From: Bacteriovoracia bacterium
GTDB lineage: Bacteria; Bdellovibrionota; UBA1018; CAIPTA01
Reading direction: 5' to 3'
Assembly: GCA_050246755.1 (NCBI GenBank)
Contig: JBFWVL010000001.1
Location: forward strand, 224,001-288,000
DNA length: 64,000 nucleotides
Numbering within the stretch: position 1 is the first letter of the stretch; each line of letters opens with the position of its first letter. The translations under genes and the position numbers were made by a program. Of the stretch, positions 42,179 to 52,135 are shown in pieces. The notes under the pieces were generated by a model. That model did not search any database and was not told where the DNA came from. It saw nothing but the letters and a program-made list of their open reading frames with translations.

Positions 42179-43039
42179 ATGAAAAAAGCCATTATTTTCG
42201 GAGCTCTGGGCACTCTTTTGCTAGGCTCCTGTTCACTGCTTCAGCGCCACGACGATGGCGAAGACCTCACGCGTGAATCCGAAAATATCGAAGCCCCCGA
42301 AAGTGGCAGCCCTACCGTGGAGTCAGAAGTATCACGGCTAAATACCAAAATTTCCGCGCTGGAGACCAAGCTCGACGTTTTAACGTCCAATATGGAACGT
42401 ATGGAAATGCAGCGCTCCCAACCGGTGATCGAGGCGCAAGGTATCCCCCAGCCCACCATGGCGGCACCAGTGGAAGTTCCGGAAAGCAGCCAAGTAAGCG
42501 CCGCTCCCGTGCAGCCTTCGGCGATTCTGCCCACCAGCGTGAAATCACCCGGCGCCATCGCGGCCGATTCCGCGGCGGAAAAAGAATTTCGGGCGTCGAT
42601 GGTGCTTTTCCAGAACGGCAAGAATATGGAAGCGGCCGCTAGCTTCGCGCTCGTCGCCAAAAAATTTCCCCAGCACCTCTTGGCGTCCCATTCCCTCTAC
42701 TGGGCCGGCGAAGCGAGTGCGCGAGGCCAGCAATGGTCTTTAGCCACCGAAAACTGGGAAGAATTGGAAAGGCGCTACCCAAGAAGCGCCTACGTTCCGG
42801 AGGCTCTGGCCGGTCTCGCCCGTGCCTACGAAAATCAGGGCGATGCTGGAAAAGCCAAAACCTACCGCGACAATCTTCTGCGTGCATTTCCGAAGTCTCC
42901 CGTGGCCCTCAGCTTCCATTCTTCGGGAACACAATCCGCCAGCCCGACAAAACGCGTAAGCACCCTCAAAGCAGAAGTTTCTGAAGACATTGAGGCCCCC
43001 GCCTACCAAGAGGAGACCTCTGAGACGGAGGGCGAATGA
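42179..43039 (+). CDS. CpoB/YbgF-like TPR lipoprotein
   Basis: Lipobox LGSC, coiled coil, three TPRs (FPQHLLASHSLYWAGE, YPRSAYVPEALAGLA). Confidence 0.8.
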   Translation: MKKAIIFGALGTLLLGSCSLLQRHDDGEDLTRESENIEAPESGSPTVESEVSRLNTKISALETKLDVLTSNMERMEMQRSQPVIEAQGIPQPTMAAPVEVPESSQVSAAPVQPSAILPTSVKSPGAIAADSAAEKEFRASMVLFQNGKNMEAAASFALVAKKFPQHLLASHSLYWAGEASARGQQWSLATENWEELERRYPRSAYVPEALAGLARAYENQGDAGKAKTYRDNLLRAFPKSPVALSFHSSGTQSASPTKRVSTLKAEVSEDIEAPAYQEETSETEGE

Positions 43040-44415
43040 GAACTTTCGTCCTCAGCTTTTTGCTGCTTTCGCTTTCTTCCCCGGCGCATAGCTTCGTGCA
43101 AGATTTCACGGAGAACGGCAATCAACACCGCGAAGGAATCGACAAACAGGAATACGATAATTTCAAATCCAAATCATCGGATCAGGACAAATACTACGGC
43201 GGCTTCCGCGATCTTTACCGCAAGTTTAACGAAAAAGTGGTGGTGCCCGGATTCATCTCCTCCGCCCCGCAAAACGAAATCGCGAAGATCGTAGGCCCCG
43301 ACGTGCTCGGCACCAGTTTCAGGGTGGGCGATACCATTTATTTGCGATGGGGAGGCGGAGCGAGCCCCGCTGTGGGCGCGATTTATTCCACTTATACTCC
43401 GGCCATCGTTAGCCAAAATATGGCTAATCCTACCGATTTCATGGTGGGCCTAGCCCCCACCGACCCAAGTGATACTCTCCCTAAGGAGAACCGCCTGGCT
43501 GGATACTTTTTTGAAGGCACGGGCCGGGTGCGGATCACCAAAGTGGGTCAAAGCTTAGTGGAAGCAGTGATCGAGAGACAGATGGGACAAATAAAAATGG
43601 GCGATAAGTTAATGCCCCCCCTTCCCATCCACGAAGCTTTGCGGCCATCTTACGGCAGCATCCCCTTATCGGCCGCCATCGTCTGCGGCTCGCCCCCCGA
43701 TCGTATTTCTACCACGCGAAATTCGTTTATTTACATCAACCGCGGGTCGCGTGACGGGATCAAAGTGGGCCAAATGTTTGAAGCCGTAGAGCGAGTGCAG
43801 CTGGACGGCGGCGAAACGGCCGCCGGCCCAGAAGTTTCGGCCGGAGAAGCGATCGTAGTGTACGTGTCTGACTCCTACTCTACCGCGATGATCACGAAAC
43901 AGTTCGACGTAATCCGCATGGGTTCACTCCTGCGCACGATGAATCCGCTTAACCCTACCGTATCAAAATCTCCTTTTTCGGGAATGGCGAGCCGATCGGC
44001 CGCGAAAGGCCCGAAGACCGACGAACTTCCCGAGCTGCCTTCGCTCGATGACGAGCATAATAATGCACCTAATTTGCCCGACCCCATGAGAAAAATGCCG
44101 GAACCTAATTCGAGCTTAGATTCTAGTTTGAATCCTAAAAAATCGGCGCTCTCCGAACTTGATGCCCTGGAACGATCCCATAATTTTCAGAATCTGAGCG
44201 CCGAAGAAAAATCCCGGCTCAGTAAACTTAGCCGCCAGGAGCGCGTGGGCGAAACGGGGCCCAAAGTGGAAGGATCAGAAGACGCCGCCGATCCATCCGC
44301 CCCCGGGCTAGAAAGCTCTTTTGCGAAAAGCAAAAAGCCCACGAAGAAACCCGCGAAAAAAACCAAACATTCAAACGACGAAGAAGAGCTGAATATGCTC
44401 ATGATGCAGAATTAG
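43036..44415 (+). CDS. Exported TsaP/FlgT-C-like protein (no LysM domain seen)
   Basis: Signal peptide, GDTIYL, GRVRIT, IYINRGSRDGIKVGQMF, STAMIT; lies directly upstream of dprA as tsaP-like genes often do. Confidence 0.6.
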   Translation: MRTFVLSFLLLSLSSPAHSFVQDFTENGNQHREGIDKQEYDNFKSKSSDQDKYYGGFRDLYRKFNEKVVVPGFISSAPQNEIAKIVGPDVLGTSFRVGDTIYLRWGGGASPAVGAIYSTYTPAIVSQNMANPTDFMVGLAPTDPSDTLPKENRLAGYFFEGTGRVRITKVGQSLVEAVIERQMGQIKMGDKLMPPLPIHEALRPSYGSIPLSAAIVCGSPPDRISTTRNSFIYINRGSRDGIKVGQMFEAVERVQLDGGETAAGPEVSAGEAIVVYVSDSYSTAMITKQFDVIRMGSLLRTMNPLNPTVSKSPFSGMASRSAAKGPKTDELPELPSLDDEHNNAPNLPDPMRKMPEPNSSLDSSLNPKKSALSELDALERSHNFQNLSAEEKSRLSKLSRQERVGETGPKVEGSEDAADPSAPGLESSFAKSKKPTKKPAKKTKHSNDEEELNMLMMQN

Positions 44416-44435
44416 GACGGCCTTTCGTCCTAATT
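44410..44435 (+). terminator. Possible terminator hairpin
   Basis: AATTAGGACG-GCCTTT-CGTCCTAATT overlapping the stop codon; weak U tract. Confidence 0.4.
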
Positions 44436-44516
44436 TCGGACTCCGAAAGAAATTCTTTTTCCTGTTCCATGCCTTCTCGCATCTGTGACTGGCGCGGCGA
44501 TTGATAGCGCGCCGCC

Positions 44517-45581
44517 ATGGAAATCTTACGCTTTATTCATCAATTTTTTCATCTTACCGTGGCCGACTACCAAAAGCGTTGGCCGCAAGGCGAACCGAAA
44601 TGGGAGGATCTGCACGCCCTCTTTGCGGAACCGGTTCTCCCGCGGCGAAGCCTATCGGTGGGAGACGTTCCTAACCTCACGGCAGCTCGCTACCTCTACG
44701 AGTCCATCCTGCGCGAACAGGAAGAGCTCGGCATTCGCACCCTGGCCTACCCGGAAAATGGCTTCCCCAGCGCTTTGGCCGCGCATATTGCGCCCGAGCG
44801 CCGGCCCGCCCTTCTCTACCTTCGCGGCCACGATATTCCCCGCGAAGAAAACTGCGTAGGGGTCGTGGGCACGCGCAGGCCGAGTCCCTTGGGCGCAGAT
44901 GCGGCCAGCAACTTCGCCACTTATTTTTCTGGCATGCAGCTGCACGTGATAAGTGGCCTCGCCCGCGGGATCGACTCGATCGCCCATCGCGAGAATCTGG
45001 ATATCGGCACGGTGGCGGTGCTCGGAAGCGGAGTGGGTACGGTGTATCCAAGAGAAAATCAGGCGCTCGCGGAAGATATTCTCGCTGAAGGGGGCAGCCT
45101 GCTCTCACCCTTTCCGCTCTACCAGGTTCCACTTCCGCAAAATTTTCCGGCACGTAACGAGGTCATCGCCGCTCTTGCCTGCGGGACGGTAGTAGTGGAA
45201 GGCGCCGAACAGAGCGGGGCCGCGATCACGGGCAAACAAGCCCTGGCGATGGGCAAAACGGTGGTGGTGCTCGGCCAAGATTTTCGCACCAGCTTCGGCC
45301 GGGGAGCCATACGCCTACAACAAGCGGGCGCGGTAATGGCGGCTAGCGAAGAGGAAGCGCTACAGGCCATTTTCGCGCCGCTGGGAGGTTTCTCTCGTCA
45401 GGAAGAACTAAAGGGCCGCTCCTCCCGCAAAATTTTCGGCATCGAGGAATTTCGGATGGCGAGCGGCAAAAGCTACGGCGAAGCGGTGGTGCTGCTGGAA
45501 GAGGCTATTTTGCGGGGACGCATAGAACGAGTAGGCTTGCGGCAATACCGATTCACCCGTAAACCGTCAATTGACGCCTAG
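44517..45581 (+). CDS. dprA: DNA processing protein DprA
   Basis: GVVGTR, ISGLARGIDSIAH, NFPARNEVIA, VVVEGAEQSGA. Confidence 0.92.
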   Translation: MEILRFIHQFFHLTVADYQKRWPQGEPKWEDLHALFAEPVLPRRSLSVGDVPNLTAARYLYESILREQEELGIRTLAYPENGFPSALAAHIAPERRPALLYLRGHDIPREENCVGVVGTRRPSPLGADAASNFATYFSGMQLHVISGLARGIDSIAHRENLDIGTVAVLGSGVGTVYPRENQALAEDILAEGGSLLSPFPLYQVPLPQNFPARNEVIAALACGTVVVEGAEQSGAAITGKQALAMGKTVVVLGQDFRTSFGRGAIRLQQAGAVMAASEEEALQAIFAPLGGFSRQEELKGRSSRKIFGIEEFRMASGKSYGEAVVLLEEAILRGRIERVGLRQYRFTRKPSIDA

Positions 45582-45638
45582 CGCAGACAGCGCCAAACCC
45601 TGGGATTTTATGGTCCTTCTTGCTAGAGTGAAATTCTC

Positions 45639-47222
45639 ATGGCCGTACTTCAATCTAAAGTAGACAAACAAAGCGCCGCTTACAAAAAAAACTACCTGTT
45701 TCACGCCCAACTCGCCGCCGAGCTGGCGGAAAAAAGCGGCCGCGTGGCCCAAGGCGGAGGCGAAGCCTCCCGGAAAAAGCACGAAGAACGGGGAAAGTTA
45801 TTCGTCCGCGAAAGAATCACCAAGCTAATCGATCCCGGAACTCCTTTTTTAGAAATCGCCCCTCTCGCCGCCTACGGCCAATATGAAGATCAGGCGCCCG
45901 GCGCCGGGATCGTGACCGGTATTGGGCGTGTTTCCGGCCGCGAGGTAATGATCATCGCCAACGATGCCACCGTGAAGGGCGGGACCTATTTTCCCCTCAC
46001 CGTAAAAAAGCACCTGCGCGCCCAGGAAATCGCCCGCGAAAATTTTCTTCCCTGCCTCTACCTCGTGGATTCGGGCGGCGCTTTCTTGCCGATGCAAAAA
46101 GAAGTATTCCCCGATCGTGATCATTTCGGCCGTATTTTTTTCAACCAAGCCCAGATGAGCGCGCTTGGTATTCCGCAAATCGCCGCCGTGATGGGATCCT
46201 GCACCGCGGGCGGCGCCTACGTGCCCGCCATGAGCGACGAAACCATCATGGTGAAAAACGTGGCCACGATTTTTCTCGCTGGCCCGCCGCTCGTGAAGGC
46301 CGCCACCGGTGAGGTAGTTACCGCGGAAGAACTCGGCGGCGCCGACACGCACTGCCGCAAAAGCGGAGTGGCCGACCACTACGCAGAAAACGACGAACAT
46401 GCGATTGAGATCCTGCGCGAGATCGTGCTGCACCTCGGGAAAAGAAAGCGCGCGGCCTTCGAACGCCTGACTCCCGAGGCTCCGCTATTCGAGGCCGAGG
46501 AGATTCTCGGCGTGCTATCATCCGATCTCCGCACCCCCTACGATGCCCGTGAAGTGATCGCGCGGCTGGTGGACGGAAGCCGCCTACATGAGTTCAAGCC
46601 GCTCTACGGAACCACCATCGTTTGCGGTTTCGCCCACATCGAAGGGTACCCCGTGGGAATTCTCGCCAATAATGGGGTTCTGCTTTCGGAAAGCGCGCTC
46701 AAAGCCACGCACTTCATCGAGCTTTGCAACCAACGGAAAGTTCCGCTGCTCTTCTTGCAAAATATCACCGGCTTCATGGTGGGCAAAGATGCCGAACAAC
46801 GCGGGATCGCCAAAGACGGCGCGAAGATGGTGCTAGCGGTGAGCAATGCCTCGGTGCCAAAATTCACCGTGATCACCGGCGGAAGCTTTGGCGCAGGAAA
46901 CTACGGGATGTGTGGGCGCGCGTTTTCTCCCCGCTTCCTCTGGATGTGGCCTAATGCCCGCATCTCCGTGATGGGCGGTGAACAAGCCGCCGACGTGCTG
47001 ACCGCGGTGAAGAGCGCCTCCGACAAAGAAAAGGCGGAATTCCGTAAACAGATCCTCGCCGAATACGAACAGGATGGCTCCGCTTACGCTTCTACCGGCC
47101 GCCTCTGGGACGATGGCATCATCGATCCGCGGCAAACCCGTAAAACCCTCGCGCTCGCGCTCGCCACCGCTCTGGAAAATAGCCCAGTGCCGGAAACGAA
47201 GTACGGCGTATTCCGGATGTGA
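45639..47222 (+). CDS. liuB: Methylcrotonyl-CoA carboxylase carboxyltransferase (beta) subunit
   Basis: [46 protein letters not shown]. Confidence 0.9.
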   Translation: MAVLQSKVDKQSAAYKKNYLFHAQLAAELAEKSGRVAQGGGEASRKKHEERGKLFVRERITKLIDPGTPFLEIAPLAAYGQYEDQAPGAGIVTGIGRVSGREVMIIANDATVKGGTYFPLTVKKHLRAQEIARENFLPCLYLVDSGGAFLPMQKEVFPDRDHFGRIFFNQAQMSALGIPQIAAVMGSCTAGGAYVPAMSDETIMVKNVATIFLAGPPLVKAATGEVVTAEELGGADTHCRKSGVADHYAENDEHAIEILREIVLHLGKRKRAAFERLTPEAPLFEAEEILGVLSSDLRTPYDAREVIARLVDGSRLHEFKPLYGTTIVCGFAHIEGYPVGILANNGVLLSESALKATHFIELCNQRKVPLLFLQNITGFMVGKDAEQRGIAKDGAKMVLAVSNASVPKFTVITGGSFGAGNYGMCGRAFSPRFLWMWPNARISVMGGEQAADVLTAVKSASDKEKAEFRKQILAEYEQDGSAYASTGRLWDDGIIDPRQTRKTLALALATALENSPVPETKYGVFRM

Positions 47223-47224
47223 GC

Positions 47225-48043
47225 ATGAGCATAACCCCCAAGCACCTCAAACTAAGCTTCGAACAAGGCGGGAAAACTCTCCGGGTAACGATCAATCGCC
47301 CGGAGGTCCGGAATGCGTTTAACGCCGAGCTGATCGCCGATTTTCAGAGTGTATTTTCCGCCCTCACCGAAGAGGCGCAAGAATTCGCCGGCGTGAAAGC
47401 GGTTCTCCTCCACGGTGCCGGCCCGGCTTTCTGCGGAGGCGGCGATCTCAACTGGATGAAGAATAGCCTCGATCTTTCCCACGAAGAAAACTTGGCCGAT
47501 TGCCTGCGCCTAACCCATATGTTCCACACCATGGACCGCTGTCCGGTGCCGGTGGTGGGACTAGTGCACGGGTTCGCGATCGGCGGCGGCGTTGGCCTCG
47601 TGTCGATTTGCGACCACGTGATCGCGGCCGAAGATACGGTGTTTTCTCTTTCGGAAGTGCGCCTCGGCTTGATCCCGGCCTGCATCGGCCCGTTCGTGAT
47701 CGCCAAGATCGGCGTGAGCCAGGCTCGCTCCCTCTTCGTATCGGGAGAACGCTTTAAAGGCGAAAAAGCGGCAAGAATTAGCCTCGTGCACGAGGTTTGT
47801 GCCGCCGCCGACCTCGAAGCGCGCGGCCAAAAAGTGCTGGCCCAGATGCACGAGGGCGGCCCGGTGGCGATCAAGGCCGCAAAATTCCTGGTGCACACTC
47901 TTTCCCGCGATCTGGTGGGCGAAGATTTTTCCAAAGCACTCGATTTCGCCGCCGGCGAGCTCGCGCAGTTACGCGTGCTTCCCGAAGCCCAGGAGGGCGT
48001 GCGCGCTTTCCTCGATAAGCGCACGCCGAAGTGGAGAACCTGA
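47225..48043 (+). CDS. liuC: Methylglutaconyl-CoA hydratase (crotonase family)
   Basis: NRPEVRNAF, FCGGGDL, GGGVGL, SEVRLGLIP; liu context. Confidence 0.8.
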   Translation: MSITPKHLKLSFEQGGKTLRVTINRPEVRNAFNAELIADFQSVFSALTEEAQEFAGVKAVLLHGAGPAFCGGGDLNWMKNSLDLSHEENLADCLRLTHMFHTMDRCPVPVVGLVHGFAIGGGVGLVSICDHVIAAEDTVFSLSEVRLGLIPACIGPFVIAKIGVSQARSLFVSGERFKGEKAARISLVHEVCAAADLEARGQKVLAQMHEGGPVAIKAAKFLVHTLSRDLVGEDFSKALDFAAGELAQLRVLPEAQEGVRAFLDKRTPKWRT

Positions 48044-48044
48044 G

Positions 48045-49517
48045 TTGGCCAAAATCACCAAAGTTTTGATCCTGAACCGCGGCGAGATCGCTTGCCGTCT
48101 GATTCAAGCTTGCCAGGAGCTCGGCCTAAAAACCGTAGCTCTCTATAGCGATCCCGATAAGAACTCGCGCCACGTGGAGCTCGCCGATGAATCCATTCCT
48201 CTGCCCGGCGCCTCGCCCCAAGAAACCTACCTTAATTTGGACAAAATCCTGCCCGCCGCCAAAGCGCTGAACTGCGATGCCGTGCACCCGGGCTACGGTT
48301 TTCTCTCTGAGCGAGCTCACGCCGCGGAAGCTTTTTTGAAAGCCGGCATCGAATGGATAGGCCCTCGCCCCGAAAGCATCCGCCTGCTCGGCGATAAGCT
48401 CGAGGCAAAAAAGTTATTGGATAAATACCAGGTGCCCACGGCGCCCTGGAGCGAAGTAAATATTTCCGATGGAACGGCCCTCGAGAAGGCCGCCGCAAAG
48501 GTGGGCTTTCCCCTTCTGCTGAAGGCCGCTTCGGGCGGCGGGGGAAAAGGCATGCGGCTGGTGCGCGAAAAAAGCGCTCTACTGGAGAGCGCCGAAAGCG
48601 CGGCCCGGGAGGCCAAGTCTAGCTTCGGCGACGCCACCCTGCTGATGGAAAAATACATCGAAGAACCGCGCCACGTGGAGATCCAGATCCTCGGCGACCT
48701 GCACGGCAACCTCATGCATTTTGGCGAAAGAGAATGCTCGCTCCAGCGCCGCCACCAGAAAGTGATTGAGGAAGCGCCGGCCCCGAATCTTTCCCAGGCC
48801 ACGAAAGATAAGATCGCGGCCTCTGCGCTCGCGCTCGCCAAAGGCGTGGGCTACGCTAGCGCCGGCACCGTGGAATTTCTTGTGGACAATAAAGAGAATT
48901 TCTATTTCCTCGAAGTGAACTCCCGCCTCCAAGTAGAGCATTCCGTTACCGAAGCCGTTTGGGGCATCGACCTCGTGAAAAGCCAACTTTTGATCGCTCA
49001 GGGCGCAAAACTCACGGATCTTTTTTCGCGAAATGAAATGAAGCCGCGCGGGCATTCCATCCAGGCACGTATCTACGCCGAGGACGCCGCCCAGCAGTTC
49101 GCCCCCTGTCCCGGCACTCTGAACCTGGTAGAATGGCCACAAGCCGTGGGCCTACGCATCGATACCGGCGTGCGCACCGGCTCCGTGATCGGGCTCGACT
49201 ACGACGCGATGATCGCAAAAATGACCGTGACCGCTGAGGACCGTGAACGCGCGATCGAGAGACTGCTCTGGTGCCTGCGGCATACGGTGATCTTCGGCAC
49301 AGTAACGAACGTCAACTACCTGCAGGATATTTTGCTCCAACCCAAAGTGCGCGCGGGAAAGATGTACGTAAAATTTCTCGAGACCGAAATGAAGGATTGG
49401 TGCGACCAGCCTCCCGAAGAATTAGTGGCCATGCAGCCTTCGCTCGTTCGCTCGGCCTCTGCTTTGGGCGCACAGAGCATTTCCAGAAAATTGCCATCTC
49501 CCTGGGAGACCGCATGA
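48045..49517 (+). CDS. liuD: Biotin carboxylase subunit (methylcrotonyl-CoA carboxylase alpha, N-terminal part)
   Basis: TTG start at 48045; NRGEIA, HPGYGFLSE, GGGGKGM, ECSLQRRHQK, RLQVEH. Confidence 0.88.
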   Translation: MAKITKVLILNRGEIACRLIQACQELGLKTVALYSDPDKNSRHVELADESIPLPGASPQETYLNLDKILPAAKALNCDAVHPGYGFLSERAHAAEAFLKAGIEWIGPRPESIRLLGDKLEAKKLLDKYQVPTAPWSEVNISDGTALEKAAAKVGFPLLLKAASGGGGKGMRLVREKSALLESAESAAREAKSSFGDATLLMEKYIEEPRHVEIQILGDLHGNLMHFGERECSLQRRHQKVIEEAPAPNLSQATKDKIAASALALAKGVGYASAGTVEFLVDNKENFYFLEVNSRLQVEHSVTEAVWGIDLVKSQLLIAQGAKLTDLFSRNEMKPRGHSIQARIYAEDAAQQFAPCPGTLNLVEWPQAVGLRIDTGVRTGSVIGLDYDAMIAKMTVTAEDRERAIERLLWCLRHTVIFGTVTNVNYLQDILLQPKVRAGKMYVKFLETEMKDWCDQPPEELVAMQPSLVRSASALGAQSISRKLPSPWETA

Positions 49518-49837
49518 AATCCCAGCGCGTAAAAGATAAAATTTGGGTGCAGTGGCGGGGCCGGCTTTATTCGCTGGCCGCAAATCCCGGGCGGGCTTCG
49601 CGCGCTTCCGCCGAAGAAGCCCAGCAATTGGTAGCCCCATTCTCATGCAAAGTACTCAAGCTTCACGTAAAGGACGGCCAAACCGTGAAAAAAGGCGACC
49701 TCGTCGTGGTAGTCGAGGCCATGAAAATGGAATATTCCTACGCCAGTCCACGGGATGGTAAGATAGCCAAGGTGCAAGCGAAAGAAGGCGAGATCGTTCC
49801 CGCCGGACTGCAGTTCGTGCTTTGGAGTACGCCATGA
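49514..49837 (+). CDS. Biotin carboxyl carrier protein
   Basis: EAMKME biotinylation motif; ATG 49514 in ATGA overlap. Confidence 0.88.
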   Translation: MKSQRVKDKIWVQWRGRLYSLAANPGRASRASAEEAQQLVAPFSCKVLKLHVKDGQTVKKGDLVVVVEAMKMEYSYASPRDGKIAKVQAKEGEIVPAGLQFVLWSTP

Positions 49838-50763
49838 AAATTCGCGTAGTGGAAGTGGGCCCCAGGGACGGCCTGCAAAATGAAAATCCTATCCGTTCCC
49901 TGCCGGTGGCGGAGTTAGTGGATGCACGCGTCCGTTACGTTTCTCAATTAGCCCAATCCGGCCTGGAAGACGTGGAGGCCGGTGCCTTCGTACGCGCCGA
50001 TCGTATCCCCGCCATGGCGGGTACGGACCAGGTTTTGAAACGGCTGCAGACGGAATTTCCGGAGCTATGGAAAACGAAAAAATTTTGGACCCTCGTCCCC
50101 AATCATAAGGGCCTGGAAATGGCCTTGGCCGCGGGCGCCAAGCATATCAGCGTATTTACCGCCACGAGCGATGCCTTCAATTTAAAAAATATCCAGATGA
50201 CGGTGGAAGATTCTCTCAAGGGCCTGAAGCCAGTGGTGGAAGAAGCCAAGCGCGCTGGTCTCGCCGTGCGCGGTTATGTGTCTACCGTTTGGGGCTGCCC
50301 CTACTCCGGCTTCGTACCGCCCGAGCGTGCCCGCTTCGTAACCGATCAGCTGCTCACCATGGGCGTGGAAGAGGTTTCCCTCGGTGATACCATCGGCGTG
50401 GCCAGCCCAAAGCAAGTAGAAGAAGTGCTGAGAATTTTCCCCAAAGATATGCCGCTCGCCGCGCACTTCCACGATACCCGCGGCACCGCGATCGCGAATT
50501 GCCTGGAGGCAATTCAGCTCGGGATTAAAACCGTGGATTCTTCCGCCGGCGGCTTGGGTGGTTGCCCCTACGCAAAGGGGGCTTCGGGAAATCTCGCCAC
50601 CGAAGATTTGCTCTATATGCTCCACGGGATGGGTTTCACCACCGGCGTGGATATCGAAAAGGTTTGTGAAGCTTCGGCCTACTTGGAAAAAGAGCTGCAC
50701 TTGAATCTACCCTCCCGTTTTTTCAAAGCGTGGAAGGGCTCTACCGGCCGCGCGCAGTGCTAA
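49834..50763 (+). CDS. liuE: Hydroxymethylglutaryl-CoA lyase
   Basis: EVGPRDGLQNE, SLGDTIG, HFHDTRG, GLGGCPYA, GNLATED. Confidence 0.93.
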   Translation: MKIRVVEVGPRDGLQNENPIRSLPVAELVDARVRYVSQLAQSGLEDVEAGAFVRADRIPAMAGTDQVLKRLQTEFPELWKTKKFWTLVPNHKGLEMALAAGAKHISVFTATSDAFNLKNIQMTVEDSLKGLKPVVEEAKRAGLAVRGYVSTVWGCPYSGFVPPERARFVTDQLLTMGVEEVSLGDTIGVASPKQVEEVLRIFPKDMPLAAHFHDTRGTAIANCLEAIQLGIKTVDSSAGGLGGCPYAKGASGNLATEDLLYMLHGMGFTTGVDIEKVCEASAYLEKELHLNLPSRFFKAWKGSTGRAQC

Positions 50764-51134
50764 AGAGCATTCACCACGTGGCGATCATTTGCTCCAATTA
50801 TGAGCGCGCTAAGGATTTTTATACGCGGGTTCTGGGCCTGAGCGTGGTTCGCGAAACTTTCCGGGCGGAGCGGAACTCCTGGAAACTGGATCTCGCGATT
50901 GGAAATTCCACCCTTGAGCTATTTTCTTTTCCCAATCCTCCCGCGCGCGTTTCACGGCCGGAAGCCTGTGGACTCAGGCATTTGGCGTTTGCGGTGGAGG
51001 ATTTGGCGGCGGCGGTGAAACGGTTGAGCGCGGAGGTGGAGGTAGAACCGATTCGGGTGGATGAGCTCACCGGCCGCCGTTTTACTTTTTTCACCGATCC
51101 CGACGGCTTGCCCTTGGAAATCTACGAGGTCTAA
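50757..51134 (+). CDS. VOC/glyoxalase family protein (YaeR/GloA2-like)
   Basis: IHHVAIICSNYE, ELFSFP, GLRHLAF, DPDGLPLEIYE; GTG start 50757. Confidence 0.9.
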   Translation: MLKSIHHVAIICSNYERAKDFYTRVLGLSVVRETFRAERNSWKLDLAIGNSTLELFSFPNPPARVSRPEACGLRHLAFAVEDLAAAVKRLSAEVEVEPIRVDELTGRRFTFFTDPDGLPLEIYEV

Positions 51135-51173
51135 CGCGGTAGTTCCGCGAGTTCGCAGTTTTGTTAAATGGTC

Positions 51174-52079
51174 TTAACGAATCCGTGATAGCAGCGGCTG
51201 AATTTTCTGCACTTCCGAGCCATTGGCATAGCCTTCCGTCGCTACGCAAGAACCAGATTTGCAGAAATTCCAGCGGCGGCAATCGGCGCGAATATCTTCA
51301 ACGAAATCCGCGTCCGGAAAAGAACGAACCAATACGCCCGCCACTGCGCCCTTGGAATTCAGCACCGGGCTTCCGCTATTGCCGCTCGCCACGTCTAGGT
51401 CGGTGCGGAAAAAATCCTGACCGTACTCGAGCGTTTTGCCGGAACTCACCTTCGCGGGTAAGCCAAGAGGATAACCCACCATGGAAAGCTTTTCGCCAAG
51501 TGCGGGAACCTTACCCGACAGGACAAGCGGCTCACGATCCGTGACGGCGCGATCGAGCCGGATGAGGGCGATATCTTCGCCAAAAATACTTTTCCCCTTC
51601 ACGTTCTGCAGAAAGAAATTCGCGTAGATCACCGATTTGCACTTCACGAGATTGGCCGAAGGAATCCCCGAAAGCGGCGGGCCTTTCCCTTCCGCATCCA
51701 CTTGGTAGTCGAAAAGCCAGCCGAAGGCCTCGCACTGCGGAGTTACGGTATTTTCCACTTTGGTCCAGTTCACGGCGCAGTGACCGGCCGTAACGAGGAG
51801 ATCGGGCGCCACGAGGAAACCGGTGCAGGCGATGGGAGAAACTTTTTCGCTCGCGAAAGACTCGTCGCTGCAGAAATTATAGTTGCTGCGATCGGACAGG
51901 GCGGAGAAATCCAAATCGAGTTTTCCGTTCCCTTCCGAGACGAAGTTCAGCGGCACCTGAAGGGCGGTGCTGCGAGCAACGGCACGGAAGGCACCGGAGG
52001 GCTGAACGCGGTCGTCGGTGCCAAAAATAGCGGCTATGGCCGGAAGAGAGAACAAAAGATAGAGGCCCAGGACGTTCAT
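51174..52079 (-). CDS. Secreted trypsin-like (S1) serine protease
   Basis: IFGTDDR, CTGFL, TAGHC, DIALIRL, GNSGSPV. Confidence 0.92.
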   Translation of the reverse strand: MNVLGLYLLFSLPAIAAIFGTDDRVQPSGAFRAVARSTALQVPLNFVSEGNGKLDLDFSALSDRSNYNFCSDESFASEKVSPIACTGFLVAPDLLVTAGHCAVNWTKVENTVTPQCEAFGWLFDYQVDAEGKGPPLSGIPSANLVKCKSVIYANFFLQNVKGKSIFGEDIALIRLDRAVTDREPLVLSGKVPALGEKLSMVGYPLGLPAKVSSGKTLEYGQDFFRTDLDVASGNSGSPVLNSKGAVAGVLVRSFPDADFVEDIRADCRRWNFCKSGSCVATEGYANGSEVQKIQPLLSRIR

Positions 52080-52135
52080 GCTCAGGGAATAGCCGAAATT
52101 AACGCGATGGTCAATTTCTCAATAACTCCGAGCGG

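Noticed and set aside
47799-48044. N-terminal extension of the 572-aa biotin carboxylase ORF
   Set aside because: Overlaps liuC out of frame; homology starts at TTG 48045 (AKITKVLILNRGEIA).
49271-49513. Long N-terminus of the 188-aa BCCP ORF
   Set aside because: Out-of-frame overlap with biotin carboxylase; ATGA coupling at 49514 marks the real start.
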